A stretch of DNA of 64,000 bases, from the NCBI RefSeq assembly GCF_004010195.1, contig NC_057718.1, forward strand, positions 90,568,376-90,632,375. The letters run 5' to 3'. The notes below the pieces were generated by a model, which had not been told where the DNA came from, ran no database searches, and saw nothing but the letters and a program-made list of their open reading frames with translations. Positions within the stretch are counted from its first letter, which is position 1; the number at the start of each line of letters is the position of its first letter. A program made the translations under genes and the position numbers. Shown in pieces: positions 50,550-63,304 of the stretch. Source of the stretch: Chiloscyllium plagiosum. Lineage: Eukaryota.

Positions 50550-51833
50550 AGAGTCATAGAGATGTACAGCATGGATACAGACCCTTCGGTCCAACCCGTC
50601 CATGCCGACCAGATATCCCAACCCAAATTAATCCCACCTGCCAGCATCCAGCCCATATCCCTCCAAAACCTTCCTATTCATATACCCATCCAAATTCCTC
50701 TTAAATGTTGCAATTTTACCAGCCTCCACCACTTCCTCTGGCAGCTCATTCCATACATGTATCACCCTCTGTGTGAATAAGTTGCCCCTTAGGTCTCTTT
50801 TATATCTTTCCCCTCTCACCCTACACCTATGCCCTCTAGTTCTGGACTCCCTGACCCCAGGGAAAAGACTTTGACTATTTAGCCTATCCATGCCTCTCAT
50901 AATTTTGTAAACCTCTTTAAAGTCACCCGTCAGTCTCGGATGCTCCAGGGAAAACAGCCCAGCCTTAGATTACTTAGAGTGTGGAAACAGGCCCTTCGGC
51001 CCAGCAAGTCCACACCGACCCGCCGAAGTGCAACCCACCCAAACCCATTCCCCTACATTTACCCTGCCCCTAACACGACAGACAATTTAGCATGGTCAAT
51101 TTACCTAATCTGCACATTTTTGGACTGTGGGAGGAAACCCACGCAGACACGGGGAGAATGTGCAAACTCCACACAGTCAGTCGCCTGAGGCGGGAATTGA
51201 ACCCGGGTCTCTGGTGCTGTGAGGCAGCAGTGCTAACCACTGTCTCACCGTGCCTGTTCAGCCTCTCCCTATATCTTAAATCCTCCAACCCTGGCAACAT
51301 CTTTGTAAATCTTTTCTGAACCCTTTCAAGTTTCACAACATCTTTCCGATAGGAAAGAGACCAGAAATGCACGCAATATTCCAACTGCAGCCTAACCAAT
51401 GTCCTGTACAGCCGCAACATGATCTCCCAACTCCTGAAGTCAATACTCTGACCAATAAAGGAAAGCATACCAAACGCCTTCTTCACTATCCTATCTACCT
51501 GTGACTCCACTTTCAAGGAGCTATGAACCTGCACTCCAAGGTCTCTTTGTTCAGCAACACTCCCTAGGACCTTACCATTAAGTGTATAAGTCCTGCAAAG
51601 ATTTGCTTTCCCAAAATGCAGCACCTCACAATTATCTGAACCAAATTCCATCTGCCACTTCTCAGCCCATTGGTCCATCTGGTTGTAATCTGAGGTAACC
51701 CTTTTCGTTGTCCACTACACCTCCAGTTTTGGTGTCATCTGCAAACTTACTAACTGTACCCCTTATGCTCGCATCCAAATCATTTATGTAAATGACAAAA
51801 AGTAGAGGACCCAGCACCGATCCTTGTGGCACG
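50550..51833 (-). mobile_element. Young CR1/HER1-type LINE, 5'-truncated in the RT domain
   Basis: [56 protein letters not shown]; interrupted by HE1. Confidence 0.95.
50966..51253 (-). mobile_element. HE1-type SINE inserted in CR1
   Basis: CR1 cagcccagcct|gttcagcctctccct is split by the SINE. Confidence 0.92.
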
Positions 51834-52879
51834 TCCGGTGGTGAAGTCATTTCCTGTTCTTTTCCTCAGGGGGTGGTAAATGGGATCCAAGTCAATGTGT
51901 TTGTTGAGGGAGTTCCAGTTGGAATGCCACGCTTCTAGGAATTCTCGTGCATGTGTTGCCGGGTAACCGAGGCATGTTTGCTAACCGGCACTCAAATTAC
52001 AAATTACAGTTTACAACCAGATTAGTTATCCGAACAAAATACTCCCCGCCCATCTCATTCGGATAATCAAGGTTGTCCTGTATATTTAAATGTCACTTGA
52101 AGGCTCACCTTGCATCAACCCAGTTCCAATGCCTCTTAAGAGAGTTATCTGTCGACAAGGTATAAATTTCCCAGCGACCAGCAGGGAAAGAAAAACCATG
52201 GGCATCACCTTCCCTTCCAGAGAAACCCTCCCGAATCTTGTGGCGCGAGGTGTTGTCAGTGGTGGAGTTCGCCGCACTCTTGCCCCAAAATCACAAGCTT
52301 TGAGCTAAATTTCTAGTTAAATCCAAGAGAGAGACTTGCGACGGGAGTGCTGCTCTGTCTGCGGTGCTTGGATACCAAACTGAGGCCGCTGCTGTCTGCT
52401 CATGTTTGGGTGTAAAAGATCCCTTGGCTTCGTTCAAAGAAGAGTAGACACGTTCTCCCTGGATTCTTGGCCAATATTTATCCGATGACCCGATCACTAC
52501 CACGTTGCTAGTGTGTGCAATTTGGTCTCTGCATTTCCTACACACGGCAATCACCACGCTGCAGAGGTCTGTCATTGAGTCTGAAATTCACCTTGAGATG
52601 CATGCAGTCATCTTGAAAATTGCAATATAAATACTCCTTTGTTCTTTATTTCTGTTGCCTTTTACAGCAAGGTGAGATTTTGCCTGGTTTCATGAGATCC
52701 ATCTCAAATGGAATCCAATGATTCAAGAAGGCAGCTCATCACCTCCCCCTCTCAAAGGCAATGAATGCTGGCCGAGCGATGTCCATGTGCCCAGAATGGA
52801 TTTAGAAGGTCCACAATGCCTTTCTCCTCAATTAAATTAGCTCCATTACATTCGTCACGAGCCACACTGGGCTTTGTTT

Positions 52880-53008
52880 CCTGATGAAGGGCTTATGCCC
52901 GAAATGTCAATTCTCCTGCTCCTCGGATGCTACCTGACCTGCTGTGCTTTTCCAGCACCACACTCTCGACTCTGATCTCCAGCATCTGCAGCCCTCACTT
53001 TCTCCTGC
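52880..53008 (+). mobile_element. Solo PLE terminal repeat (family A hammerhead)
   Basis: ctgatgaagggcttatgcccgaaatgtc; 9-bp TSD gctttgttt at 52871-52879 and 53009-53017. Confidence 0.87.
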
Positions 53009-53857
53009 GCTTTGTTTTTTTTCCATATGCATTTCTTTTAGCCTTTTGAGGCTTACTTCTTGTCTCATTCTTTTTGAGAGTGGAGTTTTAAACCAACCTA
53101 TTTGTACACCAGCTACTGTGGAGGAGGCTAGATCAAGGCAGCACAGTTTAAGAATTAAAGGTCTCCCCTTTCGAACTGAGATGGGGAGAATATTTTGTTT
53201 CTCGGAGAAGGTTATTTTGTTTGTTAAATTGTCTTCTCCAGAAAGCAGTGAAGGCTCACTCCTTGAAATTAGTCCAGGTTTGAGTTAGATTATTGATTCA
53301 CAAGGATATCTTGGGTGTGAGATGGGGAGGCCAAAGGCAGATCAGGTACGACCTTCGTGAATGGTGGAGCAGACTAGAAGGGTTGAATGGCCTATTGCCT
53401 ATCCAGTCAATTTTTGGCAGAGTTGGCTTGTTGTCTTTGTAACTTGCAGCCTTCTTAAAAAAGCTCAAACCAACAATGGATTGGCTTTGAATTAACCAAT
53501 ACGGGTGAAGCTGATGAAAGATAATGTCCAAAAGAAAGTTTGGAATCATCACTTGCCTTCTACTGAAAAGCAGAGCCGAACTCAGCAAACCAGGCCGTAA
53601 TGGGGCTGCACCGAGAGGAGCAGTTTAAACACCGTGGGAGCACAGGACAGGATTGTTCAGTGCAGCATACTCACTTGTATTGCTGTCTCGATGAGACCAG
53701 TCCCTACCGTAAGCAAAGCGATTGTGGAAGTGTCAGCTCAGTTTCACATAGGCCACGGAACCCAGGATAAACAAACCTTAGCACTGAGGCATTAGGAAAC
53801 TAAGGCGTGAATGAGGGAACACAAACATTGACAGCATTCAAAAGAAATGTCAGCAAC

Positions 53858-53977
53858 AAGATTAGATTAGATTAAATGTGCAAACTCCACACAGTCAGTC
53901 GCCTGAGGCGGGAATTGAACCCGGGTCTCTGGCGCTGCGAGGCAGCAGTGCTAACCACAGTGCCACCATGCCACCCA
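53858..53977 (-). mobile_element. Internally deleted HE1-type SINE
   Basis: tRNA-like head joined directly to the (atcta)n tail. Confidence 0.82.
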
Positions 53978-54987
53978 CAAAGATGCAAAACCACTAAGCA
54001 ACTAAATCAGTACAAAAGGAGTATATTCATTCCACAGGCATGGTCGAAGCATTGATGCAGTTGCAGTCAAAACCCAACCTAGAGGTTGTGCTCTTGTGGT
54101 GCAATGGTAGTGTCCTTACTTTTGGGTTAGAAAGCCCAGGTTCAATCCCACCTGCTCCAGAGCTGTGTCATTTTCTGTCCGTGCTGGTTGATCCACAATA
54201 TTTATAATTGAGAGGCGGAAGCAGTTGGGAACAGCAATAAACACAATGGTTGCTCACAGCTTTCTTGAGAATTGACTATCTTGTCTCAACATGGTCTTCC
54301 TAGAAAGTGGATGAGTGCGTGATAATGAGAACCAGAAGTGATGTGCTCACCCAATTCACTGAGCTTTCACTCACTTCAAAAGCTTCTTAATAAGATGTGT
54401 TCCTCAGAGTTTCCTGCGGGGTATCCGATTAATTTTGTCACCTTCGCTCTGTGGAACGGTAGCAGACTGTATTGAATCTGCCGCTGTATAACGGCAGGAG
54501 TATAGGCCCAAATCACTCTCAGTATTTTACTTCCAAGATGGACACTTGCTTTAGATATGCTGCAGGAGGTGGTGGTGCCATGTACTACTACTGGACTGGT
54601 AATCTAGCAATCCCCCCCAGCTTAGTATTCCGGGAACATGGTTTCAAATCTGAAATAACTGCACAGAGGCTGGTATCCCACCACCAAGTCACCCTTTATT
54701 TACTGTGCACTGTAGTCAGCCAACCCGGAGTCAGTCCCCTGAACTGAGGAGATTCTGAATCCCCTGTTCACAAGGTGCTTCCCTGTACTTTTTGTCTTAT
54801 TAATTTAACCTGTTTTTCTAATGAACCTGTTCAGAGATGTTATTCAATGGTATCTGGAGCACATGGGACTCGAACCCAGGTCTCCCAGCTCAGGAGTAGG
54901 GACACTACCACTGCACCACAAGAAGGGCATAAAAAACTCTGTTTTTTTCTGATCTAAAGTACCAACCAAAATCACAGCCTTTTTTTT

Positions 54988-55329
54988 GGATTGGAATCCC
55001 TACAGTGTAGAAACAGGCCCTTCAGCCCAACAAGTCCACACCCTCGAAGAGTAACCAACCCATTACCCTACACTATTATCCTGTATTTATCCCTGACTAA
55101 TGCACTTAGCCTACACATCCCTGATCACTACGGGCAATGTGGCATGGCCAATTCACCTGACCTGCACATCTTTGGATTGTGGGAGGAAACCAGAGCACCC
55201 GGAGGAAACCCAGGCAGACACTGGAGGACTGTGCAAACTCCACACAGTCAGTCCCCCAAGGCTGGAATCAAACCCAGGTCCCTAATGTTGTGAGGCAGCA
55301 GTGCTAACCACTGGAGCCACTGTGCTGCC
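54988..55329 (-). mobile_element. HE1-type SINE
   Basis: Full-length copy. Confidence 0.92.
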
Positions 55330-55408
55330 AATCAACAGGATTCGAACCTGCGCAGGGAAAGTCCAAAGAATTCTGAGTCCATCGTCTTAACGACACGGCC
55401 GCCACACC
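55327..55408 (-). pseudogene. tRNA-Ser-derived pseudogene or SINE head
   Basis: 82-nt gap-free resemblance to vertebrate tRNA-Ser (GGCCG..GTTAAG.CGATGGACT..TTTCCC.GCGCAGGTTCGAATCCTG); acceptor and anticodon stems mismatched; anticodon position reads CAG. Confidence 0.8.
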
Positions 55409-55899
55409 AGAATCATCTCCTGATTTTTATTTATGTGGTACAATAAGAATTATTGCCTGTGATCAAGCAACAATCTTGAGCAATAGTAATTTATTATTAC
55501 AAGTATTTATGAAAATCCAGTAAAATGTGTCTAAGTTGCTATAAGCCGTTGCCAGTATAATTATATATTTTATGCAATGAAATAAATCATACAACGTTCG
55601 GACAAAATTCATTTTTTGTTCCATACACTGCAGCTTAATTTATCTCCTGGTGAGAACGGTCAGTCAGGTCTTTCCCGATTGGCCAAGGTCAACAGTCCCA
55701 AACAAGGATCTCTCAGTCCATAAGATCCAACAGGTTCCCAGTCACCGTGGTGAACAGACATCTTTGAATCCAATAAAATCTGGGCTTCAAAGGTGGTCTA
55801 ATGCTGACCACCATGTAACCACTGCAGATTGTCACTTTTAAAAAAAACCAGTCTCATCTGGTTCACTAATGTCCTTTAAGGAAGGAAATTTGCATATCT

Positions 55900-56132
55900 T
55901 GCTCAGCAGGTCTGCCAGCATCTGTGGAGAGAAATCAGAGTTAATGTTTCTGGTCGAGTGACCCTTCCTCAGAACTGATGGTAGCACCGACCATTTTCCT
56001 AGCTACCAACAGTTCTGAGGAAGGGTCAGTCGACCAGAAACATTAACTCTGAGTTCTCTCCCTGCCAGACCTGCTGAGCTTTCCAAGTAATTTTGACTTT
56101 TATTCCAGCATCTGCAGTCCTTTCAGTTTTTA
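55900..56132. mobile_element. PLE-derived inverted pair (family D) with two hammerhead motifs
   Basis: AGTT-CTGAGGA-A-GGGTC..GACCA-GAAACATT-AACT at 55939-55976 (-) and 56011-56048 (+). Confidence 0.85.
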
Positions 56133-56789
56133 GTCTACTGATCTTACTTGGTCTGGTCTGCATGTGACCCCAGACCCACAACCATGCAATTGATTCTTAA
56201 CTGCCCTCTGGGCAATTAGGGATGGACAATAAATTGCTAGTGATGCCCAGATCCCACAATCAGAATTTTAAACAGCTTAAATTGGCACTTCCTAGTGCCA
56301 ATTAATATCTGTTAGTGAGGAAGTTTGTAGATTGGCAGCTGCATGTACCTTTCCGCCTCCAGGTCAGAAGGCGTCAACGAGAATTTAATGTCTTTATTTC
56401 GGTTCTACATCTGCACATGCGACGGTGTGACAGACACTTAAGCTTGCCACAACAACAACTTGCATTTACGCAGCCCCTTTACCATAAGAGATCAGCCAAG
56501 ACTCTCGATAGCAACCAATAGTAAGTTGGGGCACGAGGCTGGGAGAGTCAAATGTCTCCACTTGGGGGATTTGGGAAGACGTTGAGAAGAGTTGAGAGAG
56601 TCAGGCAAGTTTCAATTCGTTCCTGGAAAGTCACTAGCTATCTCACTACCTTCTGCAGCTTATGAACTGCAAGTGTTCCCGCTGCCCTATAGTTAAACCT
56701 CAAATGGAATCAATCTTTCGTGTCTGCCTGTTCGGGGGTGTCTGTGAAGAAAGAAATATTTAAAATTGAGAGAAGTAATGAAATAATTT

Positions 56790-56900
56790 GCATCTCCCCG
56801 TCATTGCTGAGGAAGGGTCGCTTGACCTGAAACGTTAATTTTGATTTCTCTCCCTGCCAGATCAGCTGAGCTTTTTCAGTAATTTCTATTTTTGTTACAG
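56790..56900 (+). mobile_element. PLE terminal repeat (family D hammerhead with ACGT stem III)
   Basis: ctgaggaagggtcgcttgacctgaaacgttaatt; a further decayed copy at ~57848-57955. Confidence 0.75.
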
Positions 56901-57256
56901 TGATCCCCCCCTCCCCCCCCGTCGGTCCTACCTTGCCACTGCATTATCAAATCTCTCTGGAACAGGAAAGGGCAACCTTGCACTTTATATGTTACTTTCA
57001 TGACCCTGAGGATATCCCAAAATACTAAGGAACCACAGGAGGCCATTCAGGCCCTCCAGCTGTTCTGTTGCTCAGCATTCAAATCCCATGTTCGATGGTA
57101 CCATTCATCTAACGTAAAATAATTGTCACTCTCAGTTCTTAGATATGCACGTTGTACCTTCAAGACTTGAAAGTGGATATAATGTAGTCTGAAAACAAAA
57201 ACAAACCAAACTAGCCCAGTTATATAAGGTCAGGAAGCTACCAAACTGAAGGGAGT

Positions 57257-57550
57257 GATTAGATTAGGTTAGATTAGGTTAGATTCCTACAGTGTGGAAA
57301 CAGGCCCTTCGGCCCAACAAGTCCACACCGACCCTCTGAAGAGTAACCCACCCAGACCCAACTCCCTCTGACTAATGCACCTAACACTACGGGCAATTTC
57401 CCATGGCCAATCCACCTGACCTGCACATCTTTGGATTGTGGGAGGAAATAAGAGCACCCGGAGAAAACCCACGCAGACACGGGGAGAATGTGCAAACTCT
57501 ACACACAGTTGCCTGAGGCCGGGATTGAACCCGGGTCCCTGGCACTGTGA
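57257..57550 (-). mobile_element. HE1-type SINE (head truncated)
   Basis: (ttaga/ttagg)n tail and HE1 body. Confidence 0.92.
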
Positions 57551-58197
57551 ATTTACCAATCAGAATGAAGTTACTGCATTATAACATTGACAGCAGAAAC
57601 TGAGAGTCAACGAGCAACTCTGCCACTTATACAAGGCTCCTCGTCTATCATAAGATTTGGAACCGCAAAGGTGGAAGGTTGGAATCAATCTTATATTGAC
57701 ATGGCTGCAAACTGAGGTCTTCCAGGGACGATATGTTTAGGAGAAAATAATCCAGCGACTGGCACTCAAGGGAGCAGTTGGTGAAGTGGGAGGTTGAGAG
57801 CAGGATAAGGTGAGCTTGAACATTTGCAGCAATCAGCTCAGCTTTCCGGGTTCTGAGGAAGGGACACGCCACCCGATACATGAACTCTTGATTTCTCCCC
57901 ACCGATGCTGCCAGACCTGCTGAGCTTTTGCATCAATTTCTGTTTTGGTTTCAGTTGCTAGGGAATGGGTTTAAATGTGCAGCTTGCTATCACGTTCAGC
58001 TTCCCGCACTTTCAGGCGGAGCTACTTCATGACGCACCAGGACCCTGGCATTAAGCAGCAACATCCGAAAGGCCTACGTTGAACTGGATTGTTACTCGTT
58101 GGTCTCCATGGTGATGAGATGACTCTTTTCCTTTTAGTGAAAGAAAATCTATTGGCGAGAACTGCGTATTCAGAAAATCTGAAAATGTTTTGAAGTT

Positions 58198-58705
58198 AAA
58201 TGGTCACCTCATTATAGGAAGGATGTAGATGCTTTAGAGAGGGCGTGGAGGAGATTTACCAGGATGCTGCCTGGGTTGAAAGGCTTGTCTTATGAAGAGG
58301 GGTTGGGTGAGCTGAGGTTTTTCGCACTGGAGAGGAGAAGGAAGAGAGGTGATAGAGGTGTATGAGGTAATGAGAGGCATAGATAGAGTAGATAGACAGA
58401 GACCTTTTCCCCAGGGCACAAATGGCTGTCACGAGGGGTCATAATTTTGAAGTGATTGGAGGAAGGTATAGGGGAGATGTCAGAGGTAGGTTCTTTACTC
58501 AGAGAGTGGTGGGTGAGTGGAATGCACTGCCAGCGGTGGTAGTAGAGTCAGAGACATTAGGGACATTTAAGCGACTCTGGACAAACACATGGATGGCAGT
58601 AAATTGAGGGTGTGTAGGTTAGGTTGATCTTAGATTAAGATAAATGCTGAGTGTAACATCGTGGGCTGAGGGGCTTGTACTATGCTGTACTGTTCTATGT
58701 TCTAA
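58198..58705 (+). mobile_element. CR1-type LINE 3' fragment
   Basis: LERAWRRFTRMLPGL..TRGHNF..FFTQRVVGEWNALP; tail gttctatgttcta. Confidence 0.92.
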
Positions 58706-58844
58706 ATACCATCATCACTCACTGTCAGGTTTGGCTTTTACCTGAAGGAAGGATTTAGCGCGACTGAGTTCAATACATATCGTGAATTTGCCCCACACTA
58801 CCATCATACTTGCCTCACCGCCATGTTACTTGCTCCTTTTGTTT

Positions 58845-59200
58845 TATTCGCTTGTGGCACATGGACATTGCTGGCTGGGCCAGCATTTACTGCCTGTCCC
58901 TAGCTGTCCTTGAGAAGGTGGGGATGAGTTACCTTCTTGAACCGCTGTAGCCCTTGAAGTGTAGCACCCTCAATGCTGTTAGGGAGGGAGTTCCAGGATT
59001 TTGACTCAGCGACAGTGAAGGATTGGCGATCTATTTTCAAGTCAGGATGGTAGGTGGCTTGAAGGGGAACTTGCAGGTGGTGGTGTTCCCATATACCTGT
59101 TGCCCTTGTCCCTCTAGATGGAAGTGGTTATGGGTTTGGAAGGCGCTGTCTAGGGATCTTTGGTGAAGTTCTGCAGTGCATCTTGTAGATGGTATACACT
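58845..59200 (-). mobile_element. Old LINE/SINE 3' tail (CR1-group)
   Basis: gctggctgggccagcatttactgcc..gagttccaggattttgac..gtcaggatggt; related copies at 15110-15400 and 60030-60270. Confidence 0.65.
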
Positions 59201-59609
59201 GGCTTTTGGAGGGCTTTTAAATGTAATTGTACCAGCCTTCACCACTTCCTCTGGCAACTCATTCCATACATACATCCCCTTCTGCTTATGTTTCAGTTAA
59301 TCTTTCTTCAACTCTTCAATTCCATTATGCATTTTAAAAGTCTGACAACTCATTTTATAAATGTCTTAGGAGATGGTTTTCCAAGTCATGCGTTTTTATA
59401 TTTATATACAATCAATCTTACAAAAAACTGCAATACCTCAAGAGTCAATTTTATGCTTTACAATGCACGGGACATCAACAGTGAGGAATGAAACACTTCT
59501 ACATCTGTCAATGACAACATCAAATAATCTTTATCAACAAAAATCCCTTATTTGATCCAAATAAAGCATAAACCAGTATGAACCAAGTCTGACTTTCTCA
59601 TTTCAAAGC

Positions 59610-59700
59610 TAAAAATCTCACAACAACAGGTTATAGTCCAACAGGTTTATTTGGAAGCACTAGCTTTCGGAGCGCTGCCCCTTTATCAGGCGGTTGTGGG
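59610..59700 (-). mobile_element. PLE terminal repeat (family B hammerhead with core mutation)
   Basis: Reverse complement cgcctgataaaggggcagcgctccgaaagctagtg. Confidence 0.8.
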
Positions 59701-61504
59701 GTATACTCCATATACTCATATGCTCCATTTCAGGAGAATGTCCATTTAGGATCGAAGGACCAACTGATAAAGTCTATGCCTTTTAAGTCCAGCAGGAAGG
59801 GCATGATACTTTGAGCTTTGCCTGGATTGAACTGCATGTTCTGGATTTGAAAAAAACTGCTGAATATTAATAGGCTGAGAGTTGGTTAACTGCTTCTCTT
59901 AACTGATGTTGCACAGTGGAGATTCAAGCCAATTTATATTTGAATGAACAATCTAGATGTACACTACATTGTGCTCATAGCACGAAAAAAGTGAATTCTC
60001 AACTTTCACTGGAGCAAATGAATGTTTTTTTTCTTCATTCATGGGATGTGGGCATCGCTGGCTTGCCAGCATTTACTGCCCATCCCACACTCTCCTTGGT
60101 GGTGAGCTGCCTTCTTGACCTACTGCAATCCACATGCTCTGGGTTCACCCCCAATGCTGTTAGGGAGGGATTTCCAAGATTTTGACGCAGTGACAGTGAA
60201 GGAACAGCAATATATATCCTAAGTCAGGATGGTGAGCAGTCTGGGGCAGAACTAGAAGGTGGTGGTGTTCAGTTGCTCACCTTAGAGCTGGTTCAGACAT
60301 GATGGAACGAATGGCCTCTATCTGCACTGTAACAATTCTATAATAGTAAATGTCATCTCTCCTACTAATCCAGCTCCGGTAAGATCATGCTGAATCTACA
60401 ATTCACCCATTTCAAGGCCATTATATACTTGCTATGCTTTTGTGCATTGACCTGTATGCAGTGGTCCAGATGTGATCTAGCTGAGCTTCCGATAACCGTT
60501 ACAAACCTTCCTTGCCTTTCTGCTCTTGTCTTCTGTTTACAAATGCTTTTGGATTTTTTTTTGTATCTGATCCCTACAATTTAGACCAATTAACTTGAAT
60601 CTGTAAGATATCAATCACTATAAAGAGGAAATTCATGTCTTTAGCACCCTAGCAACCAAAATTCTGCCTAAATGGCGAATATTGCCCTCAACTAAACTCT
60701 GGTTATCCTTTCGTCTCGCTGAAGGTCAAGGGAAGTCCATATGTTTGGCTGTGTATAAAATGGAATACTTGTAAACACATCTCATGCACCGTCTACAATC
60801 ACCTGAAATGTAAAGTGTTTCTGTCACATAACAAAAGCAAAATATACTGATGCTGGAGATCACAGATATGGAGAAAACAGAAGCGCTGGAGAAACTCAGC
60901 AGGTCTGGCAGCCTCTGTGTGAGAGAGAGAGAGAAAACAGGTGGAACGATTCTTTGTGGAGCTGAACTGACATCAGTTCTGAAGGAAAACATTGATTGAC
61001 TCAATGCTCGGAGTTGTTGAATGTAAAACTCAAACAGATTATCCATGTAGAGCAGGCTCGAGGGGCTGAATGGCTGATATCTGCTCCGACTTTGTATGTT
61101 AGCTGTGCTGCTTTCTGCTGCTGGAACTGCGGTGTTTTTGCAGCATTCCCGTTACTGTGTTATCTCTGTGTGACTGGACTTGCCCTCTTGCGCACCGTGG
61201 ATCTGAGGCTGTGCAGAGATAGATTTGGAGGTAGGACTGGGAGCAACCTTTGAGATTTAGGGGTTATAATCTACCCCGCATCCACCACGCGCACCAAATG
61301 CTCTTGCTCTGTAGCTGCCGTAGGAAGGTCGGGCCAAGACCATAGTGGCTACAGAGTTTGTGCTGGTCACTGGGATCCTTCCATCGAGGTCAAAAGCCTG
61401 AGGGTCAACATCTTGTTGAATATTCCTCCCCATAAAGAAACATGCTCACTCCTCATCCGGGCGACTGCTGCCAATCTTTTTTTTTCGCGCCAGTCTAGAC
61501 CCAG

Positions 61505-61843
61505 GGGCGGCCCAGGTGGCTCAGTGGTTAGCACCGCTGCCTCACAATGCCAGGGACCCAGGTTTGATTCCACCCTCAGGTGACTGTCTGTGTGTGTGGA
61601 GGTTGCACATTCTCCCTGTGTCTGCGTGGGTTTGCTCCGGTTTCCTCCCACACTCCAAAGACGTGCAGGTTAGGTGGATTGGCCCGTAGGAAATTACTGC
61701 AGAGCGTCCAGGGATGTTCAGACCAGGTGGGTTCGCCGTGGGCAGTACAGGGTTGCAGCAATTGGTAGGAAAACGCTCTTCGAAGATCGGTGTGGACTCG
61801 ATGGGCTGAATGGCCTGTTTCCACTCTGCAAGGATTCTGTATG
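61505..61843 (+). mobile_element. HE1-type SINE
   Basis: Head, body and tail present. Confidence 0.9.
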
Positions 61844-62869
61844 TGTAAGAAGGATTACATGTACGGTGTGTTGGGTTAAATCAGCCATACGTGCTACTTA
61901 ATGTAAAAAGGACTTTCGAGGAGTAAGCTATGAGAAAGAACCTCTCCCTCCAAAACAAATAATATCGCATCCCATTCCCATTTGGTGCTCAACTAGGAAA
62001 CTATGGCAACGGTATAATTGCCTATGTGGTTAAATGTTGCCATGAGGGTCATTCAGTGTATTCACCTGGTAAATGCCAGCTAATGAGTGTAACAGAGGAG
62101 GGCTGTTTCTGTACAGTTACACGCTGGGAGAACATTAGGGGCTCTGCTTGCTGCAGGACATGTTTCGGAAAGGGAGATTACTTCTGAGTGGGAGGCTCAT
62201 TGCTAGCTGCCTTCTGAGAAAACTTACCGGGAGGCGTATTAATTGTGAGGCCTCTCGCAAGACCTCCCTGCGAGTGACATTTTCGCACATCTTCCTGGGG
62301 ACCTCGCACCATTGGTGCACTCTTTCTCTCTGTGTGAGAACTCTGGCATAAACGAAAGCTGAGGGGGCCGGGGGGGGGGGGGGAGGGGGGGGTGGTTTGC
62401 AGTCTGGAGCGAGGAACTTGGTTGTTTCTCTGCACATTTGCCTGGCACTTCTGCGCTGATCCTGACTGTACACCTTCCCAAGTTTGCAGGAACAGAGAGG
62501 TCTCACTGAGGTCAGTGCACCAGGCCACCAGAGAGTGGAAAAGTTCCCAACGTCACCTTCAGCTCGCTTTGTTCCTGTTCACACATCTGCTGCACAGCTG
62601 CACAGCGACCAACACACTGTACCCCTACTTTGGGTACAAAGTCTTAAACTTTACTATCAGATGTACAAGAGGTTAACAAATGGACGAGAGCAGAGGGGCC
62701 CCTCTAAATGATGTCCGAGAACACAATGCCGAAACATTAATTAAAGCTAATCCCAACACTGGCACAACTGGACCCAGCCATTTAAGCAGTGCACTTCCAT
62801 TGCCCAATCTCAACATCACTTCTATTAAAGAGACTCCCAATGTGGAGCGGTCACTCTGAAATTGAATGG

Positions 62870-63027
62870 AACAAAAAAATGGGAACTGCAGATGCTGGAA
62901 ATTAGAGTCATGATTAGAGTGGTGCTGGAAAAGCACAGCAGGTCAGGCGGCATCATTCTTGATGACAGGCTTTTGCCCGAAATGTTGATGTTCCTCCTCC
63001 TCAGATGCTGCCTGACCTGCTGTGCTA
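62870..63027. mobile_element. PLE-derived inverted pair (family A, decayed)
   Basis: gcacagcaggtcagg / cctgacctgctgtgc arms; mutated core ttgatgacaggcttttgcccgaaatgtt. Confidence 0.78.
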
Positions 63028-63304
63028 ATACAGATTGCTATGTCAAACTAACATCACAGAGTATCACAGCATTATTGAGTTTAGCAAGAATTACAATAAA
63101 AGGTTACTTTAGTGAGACCAGTAGGATTTTGGTTCTCCACAATCTTTGCTCAAATAAGTCATATTAAATGGTTCTGAGATGAGAGGCAGGCAATATAGTT
63201 GTAATGACTCTAGACTAGTAATCCAGAACACCAGGCGTATGTCCCGGGGTTGAGGGTTCAGATACCACCATGACAGATTGCAGGAATTTGACTTCAACAG
63301 AAAA

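Larger units (their letters stand above)
50372..51955 (-). mobile_element. PLE family C fragment (50372-50545 and 51836-51955) split by CR1
   Basis: Homologous to 19640-19900; mutated hammerhead at ~50408-50447; minus-strand REFLEAWHSN at ~51918-51947. Confidence 0.82.
50239..52080. mobile_element. pogo/Tigger-like MITE split by nested PLE, CR1 and HE1
   Basis: Left TIR ta-taggggaacctcgattatccaaa; right TIR ttcggataatcaaggttgtcctg-ta; MITE sequence ~50239-50370 and ~51960-52080. Confidence 0.75.
54651..55745 (-). mobile_element. Possible solo LTR remnant, split by later insertions
   Basis: Minus strand aataaagggtgacttggtgg...gcagttatttCA end (polyA signal ~40 nt before a CA terminus); it interrupts a SINE that resumes ~55746. 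Confidence 0.4.

Noticed and set aside
57257..57285. TTAGG repeats suggesting an interstitial telomere
   Set aside because: Mixed ttaga/ttagg tail of an HE1 SINE; vertebrate telomeres are TTAGGG.
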